Origin: a virus
Reading direction: 5' to 3' (one strand)
Virus record (IMG/VR): IMGVR_UViG_3300029812_000326
Coordinates: 44,871 to 108,870 of that record
Length of the DNA: 64,000 nt
The position numbers and the translations under genes are program-made. Below, one piece after another: positions 48,229 to 56,756 of this stretch. Under the pieces are notes generated by a model that saw only the letters and a program-made list of their open reading frames with translations, searched no databases and was not told where the DNA came from. Numbering within the stretch: position 1 is the stretch's first letter; the number at the start of each line of letters is the position of its first letter.

Positions 48229-48513
48229 CTATTTGTACAAACGCTTTTTAATTGATAACTTAAATTTACTAAACCAGGTTAATTTTTTCAATTTGAAAAA
48301 TTTTATATCTTTTGTTACAATAACTACTGGGCGATTCATAACTCCGGATAATTGGGATCCCAAATCAGTTGTTTCATTATCGATATCATTAGTATTCATT
48401 TGCACTATAAGCACATCATTGATATCATTTAATTCTGACAGATCATACACTTTATATTTTCCTTTAGCCGAGAAAATCTCAATTGGGTTTAATTTAAGCA
48501 TTACTTCTCGCAT
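48229..48513 (-). CDS. Hypothetical protein
   Basis: 94-aa ORF in the - strand operon. Confidence 0.5.
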   Translation of the reverse strand: MREVMLKLNPIEIFSAKGKYKVYDLSELNDINDVLIVQMNTNDIDNETTDLGSQLSGVMNRPVVIVTKDIKFFKLKKLTWFSKFKLSIKKRLYK

Positions 48514-48692
48514 ATGCCACCTTTAAGCTTTTTTATAGCATAAATGAAGTGCCGGCGAACCCATTCTCCACTCCATCCTATTTTTTTACCAACACTATCA
48601 AAAGATGATTTATTTGTTATTTTGTCCCATAATATAATTAAGCACGGCAATGGGATCTTATTTAATATTTTTGCAAAGATCAAATGATTCAT
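48501..48692 (-). CDS. Small sigma-70 region-4-like HTH protein
   Basis: SFDSVGKKIGWSGEWVRRHFIYAIKKLK, compared with [28 protein letters not shown]. Confidence 0.55.
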   Translation of the reverse strand: MNHLIFAKILNKIPLPCLIILWDKITNKSSFDSVGKKIGWSGEWVRRHFIYAIKKLKGGICEK

Positions 48693-48790
48693 GCTGATCT
48701 AGGTCTTTCCTTCTTTTTTCTTTTCCATTTTCCAGGATTTCGAACACTTTATTTCCGCGGAGAATAAATTTGACTTTCCCAGATTTGTCT

Positions 48791-49663
48791 TTAATTTTTA
48801 TTAGATCCATGTCTATTTATTATATTGAAAAATGTTTGTTTTGAACACTTCCATTTTTCCAAAATATCTATTACACGAATGGTGGCATATTCTTTACAAA
48901 TTTGTTTCTCTTCTTCATAAGTAAACTTTTGCCTGCGCCATTTTATATGACAATGTTTATTGAATGGACACCAATTAAAGCACCGATGATGTTTTGTTTT
49001 CTGCAGAATGGAATCTGAATTTTGTATGAATTTGCCATATTTATGTACATAGCTTGCGAATGCTTTGTGACTAGGTTCCCCATAATATTCTCGCTGGAAA
49101 ATCATATTTTTAAACGAATAAACCATATATGTTATCATTGGTACATCATATAATGATTTGTAATACTGATTCAATGCCAATGGTGCAAATTGGGCAAATC
49201 TTCTTTCAATTTTGGAACTGTCAGGAAATGGAAAGCATTTGATAAATATCAATGATCTATCCGATCTCACAAATATTAAATCTGTCCAAATCTCTACAGT
49301 TGCATCATTCAATTTTTCAAGAGTAATTTTTACCGATGGACCAACTTCATAATCATCATTGTGCCCGTCGGCAAATTTAGAAATAATATTATATAAGGTC
49401 ATAGCCATGACATCTGCATATTTTTTATATCCTGTTGGAAGATTCGGAATTTTGGTTATGTTTAATCCGGCAATGAATTCATATATTCTGTTTTTTTCCA
49501 CTGCAATATTTGATAGAAAGAGTGGTTCAGCTTGTTTCAAATATTTCCATAGATCTTCTTGTATTATCTTTTTTATATTTAATTCTGGATTCTCGTTGGC
49601 AAATATAAAATAATTTGGGCAGTACATAAAATTTCGGAGATCCCATTCATCATGTAATTGCAT
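48791..49663 (-). CDS. Cas4/AddB-like PD-(D/E)xK-fold protein, probably catalytically degenerate, with C-terminal HTH
   Basis: N-terminal FMYCP and C-terminal CFNWCPFNKHC cysteines; TDLIFV...FIK; terminal EEEKQICKEY...WKCSKQTFFNII. Confidence 0.55.
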   Translation of the reverse strand: MQLHDEWDLRNFMYCPNYFIFANENPELNIKKIIQEDLWKYLKQAEPLFLSNIAVEKNRIYEFIAGLNITKIPNLPTGYKKYADVMAMTLYNIISKFADGHNDDYEVGPSVKITLEKLNDATVEIWTDLIFVRSDRSLIFIKCFPFPDSSKIERRFAQFAPLALNQYYKSLYDVPMITYMVYSFKNMIFQREYYGEPSHKAFASYVHKYGKFIQNSDSILQKTKHHRCFNWCPFNKHCHIKWRRQKFTYEEEKQICKEYATIRVIDILEKWKCSKQTFFNIINRHGSNKN

Positions 49664-49698
49664 TTGTTCCTCCGATGTAAATTTTATTTGCTCCCAAT

Positions 49699-52227
49699 TT
49701 AAAACGATTCATGCCGCTTTTCCCTATTTTTGAATCCTCCAATATTTGGACCGCTAATTGACTGGTATTGTGATTCTTCATCTTCTTGCAGTTCATAAAA
49801 TTGTCCCATATAGTCTCTGAATTTGAAATAAATATTGCCTTTATAATCTGTCTCTTTGTTCTTTGCTATTATCAATTTTAGAATTGGGCGTTTTTTCGAT
49901 ATGCCAGATAATATATCTCGTGAAGATTCCGCTGGATCATCCCAAGTCCATTTACTATCTTTATTCAAATGAAGATCATTATGCATTAACCAAACATAAT
50001 CAGTATCATATGAGATTTGAACTGTATCTTTTAAATCCAAAATTGTTGGCTCGTCATATATGGATTGGGATTTTCTCAATTCCACCGTCATAAATAGTGG
50101 CACGTCGTATTTGATTGCTATATATTTTAATCTTTCCGAACATATAGTGTTCTTGATTCTCGGATCATGACTCAGATAATCGGTTAATTTATGAAAATTA
50201 TCCAAAATAACTATTATCTTTTTGCCCGGATAATTAGTCTGGCTCTGCCTAATATAGTGTTCAAGATGATCTGTTGTCGTTCCGTCTACAGCATCGAAAA
50301 CTATGAATCTATGTCGCATTTCCCGTATTAGATCCCAACCGTAGCTCCATCTATACATTTCCTGTTCATTTAAACGTCGCGGCTTTCGAACTTTTGCCAA
50401 TGGTAAATCTTGTGTAACGCTTATAATCCCCTGAAGAATTTTGCTTTTACTATCATCTATAGACATAAAGATTATTCTTACATCTGGATTGGCAATTGCA
50501 ACATTAAACATCAAATAACGAAGGAAGCTGGTCTTGCCAGCGCCAGGACTGGCCCCAATTGATATAAGGGATCCATATGTCGGTAATCCATCCAGAACTC
50601 TATGTAGCTTAGGAAATATATCAACATTTTGTTTTGCTGGATTAATAGTGGTACCAAATTTGAAGCCAAGCTCCGTTGGCTGGGTCAATAATTTTTCTTT
50701 CAAAAGAACTATATTCTGCTCGTAATTTAGCAATGGGTCTCTCTTCGCATGAAATGAGATTTCAATCTCTTCGATTTTATTCAAAGAATCAGCTATTACC
50801 AGCTTTGCGTTCTCTCCCTTTTGAATTCTGTTTCTCATTCCATCTACTACATAATTTATTTTGACGGATTTGGCAGAGTCCTTAAGTAATTTCCTCCGAT
50901 CAATTTCATTCATTATAACTTGCAATGGTATATCGACTTTTCCCGACAAGATCTTAGCGAAAAGATATTGATGAACATTATCAACATCTGAAACTATTTT
51001 ATCTACCATCGCATCCATGAACTTTGTTTTGTCTTCGATATCTGAATGATCTAATACCCATTCAAATGCTGTGAATTGTTTCAATTTCAGAAAATTTTCC
51101 AAATTATATTGTCGAATATATTCATCGCCATCCATCCCATCAGGAATGAATACAAATCGCATGGTCAAATCTGCTCCGCCCCGGCAAAATTGATCTATAA
51201 CTCTATCAGCGGCAGAAATTCCTGCATCATCACCATCCATAATCAATACATAGTTACCGGCGCTTGTCCCTATCAGTAAATCTAAATGATGTTTTGTAAA
51301 TGCTGTAGCACCTATCGCACAGCAATTTTTCAAGCCAGCTTGCCATGCGGTAACGCAGTCTCCGTAGCCTTCAAAAATATATATTGGACCAAGCCCACAA
51401 TTAGTTCTACAATTGTGAAAATTATATAAGACGTCACCTTTTTTATAAATTTGGGATGTATGCGAGTTGTAAAACTTTTGAGAATCTTCTTTTGCTTTGT
51501 CATATTTCAAATTCCTTGCTACAAATGCTATTGGGTTACCTTTTGCATTGCAAATAGTAAAGATTAAATTATTTGGATTAAATAATTTGAAATTTAATAG
51601 TTCTATGCTCGTCAAATATTCCTCGTCCCACTTCTCCAACATCTGCGATTTATATGTATTGAATGATTCTATTGCGCCAATCCCTAATTCTTTTGCAGTT
51701 TCCAATGTCCAAACTTCAAGGCGTTCCGCTTCCCCGCTGACAGTTAAAAGAGGGCTAGGCGGCTCGAGAACAAAATTTTGTTTGAGTGCCGAAAATTCAT
51801 GAAGTCTCTGCTGAATAATTTTATCATTGGATGTAATGATTTTTGCCGCATCTGCATATGCTCGCATCATTTTATATCGTTCTTCGGTATCTTTATCCAG
51901 CTTTTCTTTTTGATATTCAATTCCGAAGTATCCTGCCAAAGCGGGAAGCACATCATTGAAAAACGACGCACCATCCAATGAAAGATTTTTTTCTAAAGCA
52001 TACAAATGAAATATATCTGCAGTTTGTCCAGATGTGAAACAATGAACTAATGTCTCATCTGTGCCAGGTACAAAGCCTGCCGAAGGTGTACGATCATTGT
52101 TTTTGTGAACGCATCCGGGAATGGGACACTTGAAGTTTCCATTGATTGGTATATTTATACCCTTTTCAACAAGATATTCTTTTAACTTCCGCTTTATCAG
52201 TTCTTTAGCTTCATCTTGCGTTAACAT
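49699..52227 (-). CDS. DNA primase-helicase fusion (Zn finger + TOPRIM + DnaB-like helicase)
   Basis: CP..CVH...PS...HCF; IFEGYGD; MDGDDAG; Walker A GASPGAGKTS; ILDNFH; IIAKNK. Confidence 0.9.
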   Translation of the reverse strand: MLTQDEAKELIKRKLKEYLVEKGINIPINGNFKCPIPGCVHKNNDRTPSAGFVPGTDETLVHCFTSGQTADIFHLYALEKNLSLDGASFFNDVLPALAGYFGIEYQKEKLDKDTEERYKMMRAYADAAKIITSNDKIIQQRLHEFSALKQNFVLEPPSPLLTVSGEAERLEVWTLETAKELGIGAIESFNTYKSQMLEKWDEEYLTSIELLNFKLFNPNNLIFTICNAKGNPIAFVARNLKYDKAKEDSQKFYNSHTSQIYKKGDVLYNFHNCRTNCGLGPIYIFEGYGDCVTAWQAGLKNCCAIGATAFTKHHLDLLIGTSAGNYVLIMDGDDAGISAADRVIDQFCRGGADLTMRFVFIPDGMDGDEYIRQYNLENFLKLKQFTAFEWVLDHSDIEDKTKFMDAMVDKIVSDVDNVHQYLFAKILSGKVDIPLQVIMNEIDRRKLLKDSAKSVKINYVVDGMRNRIQKGENAKLVIADSLNKIEEIEISFHAKRDPLLNYEQNIVLLKEKLLTQPTELGFKFGTTINPAKQNVDIFPKLHRVLDGLPTYGSLISIGASPGAGKTSFLRYLMFNVAIANPDVRIIFMSIDDSKSKILQGIISVTQDLPLAKVRKPRRLNEQEMYRWSYGWDLIREMRHRFIVFDAVDGTTTDHLEHYIRQSQTNYPGKKIIVILDNFHKLTDYLSHDPRIKNTICSERLKYIAIKYDVPLFMTVELRKSQSIYDEPTILDLKDTVQISYDTDYVWLMHNDLHLNKDSKWTWDDPAESSRDILSGISKKRPILKLIIAKNKETDYKGNIYFKFRDYMGQFYELQEDEESQYQSISGPNIGGFKNREKRHESF

Positions 52228-52239
52228 TCTGATTCCCCT

Positions 52240-52497
52240 TTATAATTCAACTATATTATTTAAATCGCTATATCGGAAAGCCAATTTGAAATCTGCTATT
52301 TCAAGAATTTCATCTTTTTCCAAGGCTCCAATTATAGAATCAAAATCATATGTGCGGATTTCCATTCCGGCCTTAAATATTTTTCGAGATTTTTCTTCCA
52401 AACTTTCAATAATTTTCTCATATTTTTCGGGATCGCGATTTAAAATATCCCAAAATTTTCTTTCATAAGAATTTCTGAACAATCTAACAAATTTCAT
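52240..52497 (-). CDS. Hypothetical protein
   Basis: GAAGGA RBS; operon context. Confidence 0.55.
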   Translation of the reverse strand: MKFVRLFRNSYERKFWDILNRDPEKYEKIIESLEEKSRKIFKAGMEIRTYDFDSIIGALEKDEILEIADFKLAFRYSDLNNIVEL

Positions 52498-52507
52498 TTT
52501 TCCTTCT

Positions 52508-52720
52508 TTAATTAAATTCGAAAGTTCTTTTTACATGACCTATTTTGATCATTTGTGAACCATTACTTACCTTCCGACAATAACCTGCTTCAAAATCAGT
52601 ATACAGATAATCTTCTGTTGCAGATCGTTTTATTATTTCAATAGTTGGAAGTTCCGCATCAGCATATTTAACTGCAACAACGTCTCCGGGTTTCAATCCC
52701 ATCATTTCTTCTCGATTCAT
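52508..52720 (-). CDS. Hypothetical protein
   Basis: AGGAG RBS; overlaps the upstream stop. Confidence 0.55.
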   Translation of the reverse strand: MNREEMMGLKPGDVVAVKYADAELPTIEIIKRSATEDYLYTDFEAGYCRKVSNGSQMIKIGHVKRTFEFN

Positions 52721-53040
52721 TTTGGCTTTCTCCTAAATGTTCTTTTCTTATAAAATCTTTTGGTTTTTCTTGGTTCAATATTTTCCTCTGTTTTCTTTTG
52801 AGCGCTTATTCTTTTAATTATAAGCTCCTTCCAATCTATTTGATGATCTTTTCTTTCACCAATGTACGAACCTTTAGATCCTCGTATTGTGACAAAGCTT
52901 TTCCCATCATAAGATATGTGTATATCATCAATGGCATCAATCATATCTGATAGTTCATCTTTGGTAAGTCGCTTTATTTTCAAATAATGCTTAGCTATTT
53001 TACTGTATTGCTTAGGAATTCTTAATTTTTCAGCATTCAT
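52717..53040 (-). CDS. Hypothetical basic protein
   Basis: Operon context. Confidence 0.55.
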   Translation of the reverse strand: MNAEKLRIPKQYSKIAKHYLKIKRLTKDELSDMIDAIDDIHISYDGKSFVTIRGSKGSYIGERKDHQIDWKELIIKRISAQKKTEENIEPRKTKRFYKKRTFRRKPK

Positions 53041-53042
53041 TT

Positions 53043-53291
53043 TTATGTCTCGGTATATATTTCAACGTATACTGCGTAAATTCCGTTTGGGTTAAGAAAA
53101 GCATCACTGCCTGCTTCGTAAGGTCTGCCAACTTCAAATGGATCATCACCATCATCAAATAGGCGAAAAGTATCGCCCATCTTGATTTCGGAAAATGGGA
53201 TAGGCTTCCATTTATTACCTTCCAGGCGTTCAGTCCGACGTTCTTTCATAGCCGGGTCTAATGCCATCCCTGTATCATATTTTCTGTTCAT
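53043..53291 (-). CDS. Hypothetical phage protein
   Basis: W..I.F..IK.GD.FRLFD pattern; ATGA-coupled to the upstream gene. Confidence 0.55.
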   Translation of the reverse strand: MNRKYDTGMALDPAMKERRTERLEGNKWKPIPFSEIKMGDTFRLFDDGDDPFEVGRPYEAGSDAFLNPNGIYAVYVEIYTET

Positions 53292-54025
53292 TTTTCCTGA
53301 TTCCGTTTTGCATATTCTGCTCTCATAAATTCCCTGAATTTTGCGACGTTTGCATTATTTATTGGAGTTTGAATCCCAGCCTTGTTGCACCATTCTATGA
53401 GATCTGCACGGCTCATTTCGAAGAGATGAATTATATTCGCCATTTTATCTCCTAGAATTCCAAGCTGTTGATAATCAACAAGTTCAGAATATTTCTTTTC
53501 GAAAACTATTGCGGGCCCACAAACTTTCTCTCCATTTAAAACGACACTTCCATCTGGAGCTTTGCTATATTTATTGTCGTTATCTGATGGCCAATAGACC
53601 TCTTCGCAGATACCGAAGTAACCAAGTGCTTTCTTCGTCCCATCTACCGCGGCCTTTTTGTACATGTCACAGGACTGTCCGGATTGCAAATCATGATCTT
53701 CTAATTGAGATAGTGATTTTTTTATTCCTTTTCCATAGACATGGTCTCTAAAAGACGCCCCCCCAATACATTCCCTCCATCCTAAACCAGGCACCGTTAC
53801 TCGAACCAAAGCAAAAAATACAATATCATAGTCCAACAATTTTTCGGACCACGCTTTGATTACTTCGCATGACCATCTATTCAATTTCGTATTTGCTTCT
53901 TTGATAGTCAATGATGCTGGCACATAGTTCTGATTTTTATAGTTTTTCTTGATAAACCTTTGATCAACAGGTTTTTCTAAGTTGTTAGTAGATACCTGAA
54001 CATCCCAAAAACATGAATTATCCAT
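53288..54025 (-). CDS. Rad52/Sak-like single-strand annealing protein
   Basis: YVPA......N......WS.EV...VRVTV...GG...D.YKKA.VDG.KKALGYFGI..EVY; AAGGAG RBS. Confidence 0.75.
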   Translation of the reverse strand: MDNSCFWDVQVSTNNLEKPVDQRFIKKNYKNQNYVPASLTIKEANTKLNRWSCEVIKAWSEKLLDYDIVFFALVRVTVPGLGWRECIGGASFRDHVYGKGIKKSLSQLEDHDLQSGQSCDMYKKAAVDGTKKALGYFGICEEVYWPSDNDNKYSKAPDGSVVLNGEKVCGPAIVFEKKYSELVDYQQLGILGDKMANIIHLFEMSRADLIEWCNKAGIQTPINNANVAKFREFMRAEYAKRNQEK

Positions 54026-54063
54026 GATTTCTCCTTAACTTTAATAGGTTTCCATTCTCTATG

Positions 54064-54137
54064 TATGTTATAGTTCAAATTATCTAAAATCGACGAAAAA
54101 AATTAAGGATTTTTTTTTGATTTTGAACTATAACATA
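54064..54137. promoter_or_regulatory. Divergent promoter pair / long inverted repeat containing copies 3 and 4 of TTGAACTATAACA
   Basis: Perfect 16-bp inverted repeat TATGTTATAGTTCAAA (54064-79) / TTTGAACTATAACATA (54122-37) with an A-tract/T-tract core, exactly at the -/+ divergence. Confidence 0.7.
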
Positions 54138-54223
54138 GGTAGAATGAGAAAGACAGTTTTTTATGCGAAAGGAGTAAAAATCTATCAATAGAAATAAGAA
54201 CGACAATAAGTAAGGAGATTAAT

Positions 54224-54682
54224 TTGAAAAAATGTTTTAAATGTAAAAGGTTTTTGGAAGAATCTGAATTTTACAAAGATTCCACAAGAAAAGATGGTCT
54301 CCGTCATACATGCAAATGGTGTGATCAGAAATATATGAAAAATTATTATAAAGATTCAAATCCAAGAAAATTATGGTGTATGGAAACAATTTATAGTCAC
54401 CGACAACGCGATTTTGATATTCAAATAACAACCAATGAATTGTTTAAAATTGCGAATTCTGTGGACAATTGTCCTTTGTGCGGAACAAAACTTAATTGGT
54501 CTCGAGGTAAAAAACATCTTTCTGGTAATAGCCCAACTATGGATAGAATAGACAATGGGAAAGTGATATCAAAAGATACAGTTTGGATTGTATGCCATAA
54601 ATGCAATTCGACTAAACAAAATAGAACTTTAAATGAATTTATAGAATATTGTAGATTAATATATTTCAAATTTAATAGTTAG
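54224..54682 (+). CDS. HNH endonuclease (family B)
   Basis: KKCFKC...F......DGL...CKWC; CPLCG...SPTMDRIDN...VCHKCNSTK. Confidence 0.85.
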   Translation: MKKCFKCKRFLEESEFYKDSTRKDGLRHTCKWCDQKYMKNYYKDSNPRKLWCMETIYSHRQRDFDIQITTNELFKIANSVDNCPLCGTKLNWSRGKKHLSGNSPTMDRIDNGKVISKDTVWIVCHKCNSTKQNRTLNEFIEYCRLIYFKFNS

Positions 54683-54692
54683 GAAATAAACT

Positions 54693-54944
54693 ATGGAAAA
54701 TGCAAAACAATATAATAAATTGCGAGAACTAATCACGTATGTCGAATCCTGTTTGATCGAATATGAAAAATTAAGTAATAAGTTAATTGAAATTCAGGTG
54801 CAAAGAGATTTACATGCGGCTCAAGAAGAACCTGATACTGATCAAATAAAAGAACTTATTGGATTAGAAGAAATGATAGGAAAACAATTATCACTTGTTC
54901 TATGCACTGCACTCGGGAATATCAATGAATTTAAAAAGGAATGA
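54693..54944 (+). CDS. Hypothetical coiled-coil protein
   Basis: 83 aa, coupled to the next gene. Confidence 0.55.
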   Translation: MENAKQYNKLRELITYVESCLIEYEKLSNKLIEIQVQRDLHAAQEEPDTDQIKELIGLEEMIGKQLSLVLCTALGNINEFKKE

Positions 54945-55855
54945 ATGAATTCAAAAAGGAGGATATTATCAATTTCACAAACATTATAGATTCTGCGATA
55001 TATGATCGAATTGTGAATAGAGAATCTAAACCCAGAGATGCTCATAATTATTGGCCCAGTGAAGCTTCAATAGTATTGCCGGATAAATTAGGAAATCCAT
55101 TTGTCCATGGGAAATGTCTCCGCGCGTGCTTCTATGGAATTAAGCAGTACAAAGTTACTAATCACATGACTCCTAATCAAATGCGCAAAATTGAAACTGG
55201 TAGAATAATTGAGCAGCAAGAACATGAATATGCCCGTGAAGCTGATATTTTAATCGGACACAATATCAAGAAAAAGAAACAATTTGGAACCATCTGGATT
55301 AGTGCTGAAATTGATGCTTTATATAAGGATAATGGGGATGAAATCATTATCGATATCAAATCCTATTATGGCTATTTGGCTAAAAGAGATCTTGAAGGAA
55401 ACATGAGAAATGTTGGACGCCCCAAATTGAATCATACCCTTCAACTCATGTTATATTTGGATATTTTCGATAATGTTCCATATTCAAAAATTCGATATAT
55501 TGATCGCGGAGACATGAACATTGTTGAACATAGAATCGAACTCAAATCCTATAGAACAAATCGGAACAATCAATATACCGATGATAAAATCGCAATAATT
55601 AATGGCGAATCTGATATAAATATTTCAATTTCAAGAATTATGCAAAGATATAATCAGCTTGATCAGTATGTAGAATCAAATACTCTTCCTCCCAGGGATT
55701 ACCGCCCTGTATATAGTAAAGATCATATTAAATATTTAGATCAACTTGGTAAGCTATCAAAGACTGCCAAACACCGGATAAAATCTGGAAAGTCATTAAG
55801 CGATTGGAATTGTAATTACTGTTTATTTCGTAACTTATGCCAAAAAGATGGATAA
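54941..55855 (+). CDS. Cas4-like PD-(D/E)xK exonuclease
   Basis: WPSEAS...CLR; ISAEIDAL...IIDIKS; QLMLY; C-terminal WNCNYCLFRNLC. Confidence 0.8.
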   Translation: MNEFKKEDIINFTNIIDSAIYDRIVNRESKPRDAHNYWPSEASIVLPDKLGNPFVHGKCLRACFYGIKQYKVTNHMTPNQMRKIETGRIIEQQEHEYAREADILIGHNIKKKKQFGTIWISAEIDALYKDNGDEIIIDIKSYYGYLAKRDLEGNMRNVGRPKLNHTLQLMLYLDIFDNVPYSKIRYIDRGDMNIVEHRIELKSYRTNRNNQYTDDKIAIINGESDINISISRIMQRYNQLDQYVESNTLPPRDYRPVYSKDHIKYLDQLGKLSKTAKHRIKSGKSLSDWNCNYCLFRNLCQKDG

Positions 55856-56362
55856 TATAACCAAACAATGTAAAAAATGTGGTGAAATTAAATCCATTAC
55901 TGAGTTCCATAAAGCTAAAGGTTGCAAATATGGGGTTAGAAATATATGTAAATCATGTATAAACGCTCGAATGAAAATTTATAGAGCAAATCCAATGGTT
56001 AAACAGAAAAATCAACAATGGAGTTTGGATCATCCATATCGACGCTGGGCCATAAGTTCAATTTCTTCTCATAGATACCATAGATTTATAGTTAATATAT
56101 CAATTGACGAATTAGAAAATTTAGCCGAAAAAACTACCCATTGTCAATATTGTGGTAAATTACTAAATTGGGACCTCCAAAACAAGGGTCGACAACTTCA
56201 TGATTCCCCAACATTAGATAGGATTAATAATGAGCCGACCTTATCTCTTGATAATACTAAGATAATCTGTTATTTTTGCAACAGAGCAAAAATGAATTTA
56301 AATTTTAATGAATTTATTCAATGGATTTCTTCAATATACAAGAATCAATGCCAAAAAGATGG
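55837..56362 (+). repeat. 15-bp direct repeat ATGCCAAAAAGATGG flanking the HNH gene (55837-55851 and 56348-56362)
   Basis: Read directly; extends to 20 bp with one mismatch; both genes end CQKDG*. Confidence 0.85.
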
Positions 56363-56366
56363 CTAA
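55848..56366 (+). CDS. HNH endonuclease (family B)
   Basis: KQCKKC...CKSC; NISIDELE shared with 3594; CQYCG...SPTLDRINN...ICYFCNRAK. Confidence 0.85.
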   Translation: MDNITKQCKKCGEIKSITEFHKAKGCKYGVRNICKSCINARMKIYRANPMVKQKNQQWSLDHPYRRWAISSISSHRYHRFIVNISIDELENLAEKTTHCQYCGKLLNWDLQNKGRQLHDSPTLDRINNEPTLSLDNTKIICYFCNRAKMNLNFNEFIQWISSIYKNQCQKDG

Positions 56367-56386
56367 TTGATATCATATTTTCTTTC

Positions 56387-56746
56387 TTAATCTTCAAGCA
56401 CCGCAAAATTTAAATCCAAATTCTTAGTTAGATTCTCCAGCTGATCATCCCAGTAAAATTCCCACAATGTAACTTTCATACGTTCCGTCAATCTATTAAG
56501 CATTTCATAACCTAGCTCATCTTTGTCATTTTTGGCTAATCCATCAATTTGATTTAAAACACTATTTACGAATGTTTCAGCTTCTTGTCGATGCTTGCGC
56601 AATACTTCATTCATTGTATGAATTAGCGTTGTTCTCGGTTCCATTTGTTCGAATATTTTTTTGATTTTCTCCCAAATGTCTATAGCATAAGCCTCAACAT
56701 AAGTCCGGATTACCTTTTCTACAAAGTCGTCATAATTTTTAATCAT
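56387..56746 (-). CDS. Hypothetical helical protein
   Basis: GAGG RBS; operon context. Confidence 0.55.
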   Translation of the reverse strand: MIKNYDDFVEKVIRTYVEAYAIDIWEKIKKIFEQMEPRTTLIHTMNEVLRKHRQEAETFVNSVLNQIDGLAKNDKDELGYEMLNRLTERMKVTLWEFYWDDQLENLTKNLDLNFAVLED

Positions 56747-56756
56747 ATTTTTTTCC

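Noticed and set aside
49699-52227. Primase-helicase fusion as a novelty
   Set aside because: DnaG-type primase fused to a DnaB-type helicase is well known in phages; listed as a feature only.
54941-55855. CRISPR-Cas locus implied by the Cas4-like genes
   Set aside because: No repeat-spacer array or other cas genes seen; solo Cas4-like nucleases are common in phage replication modules.
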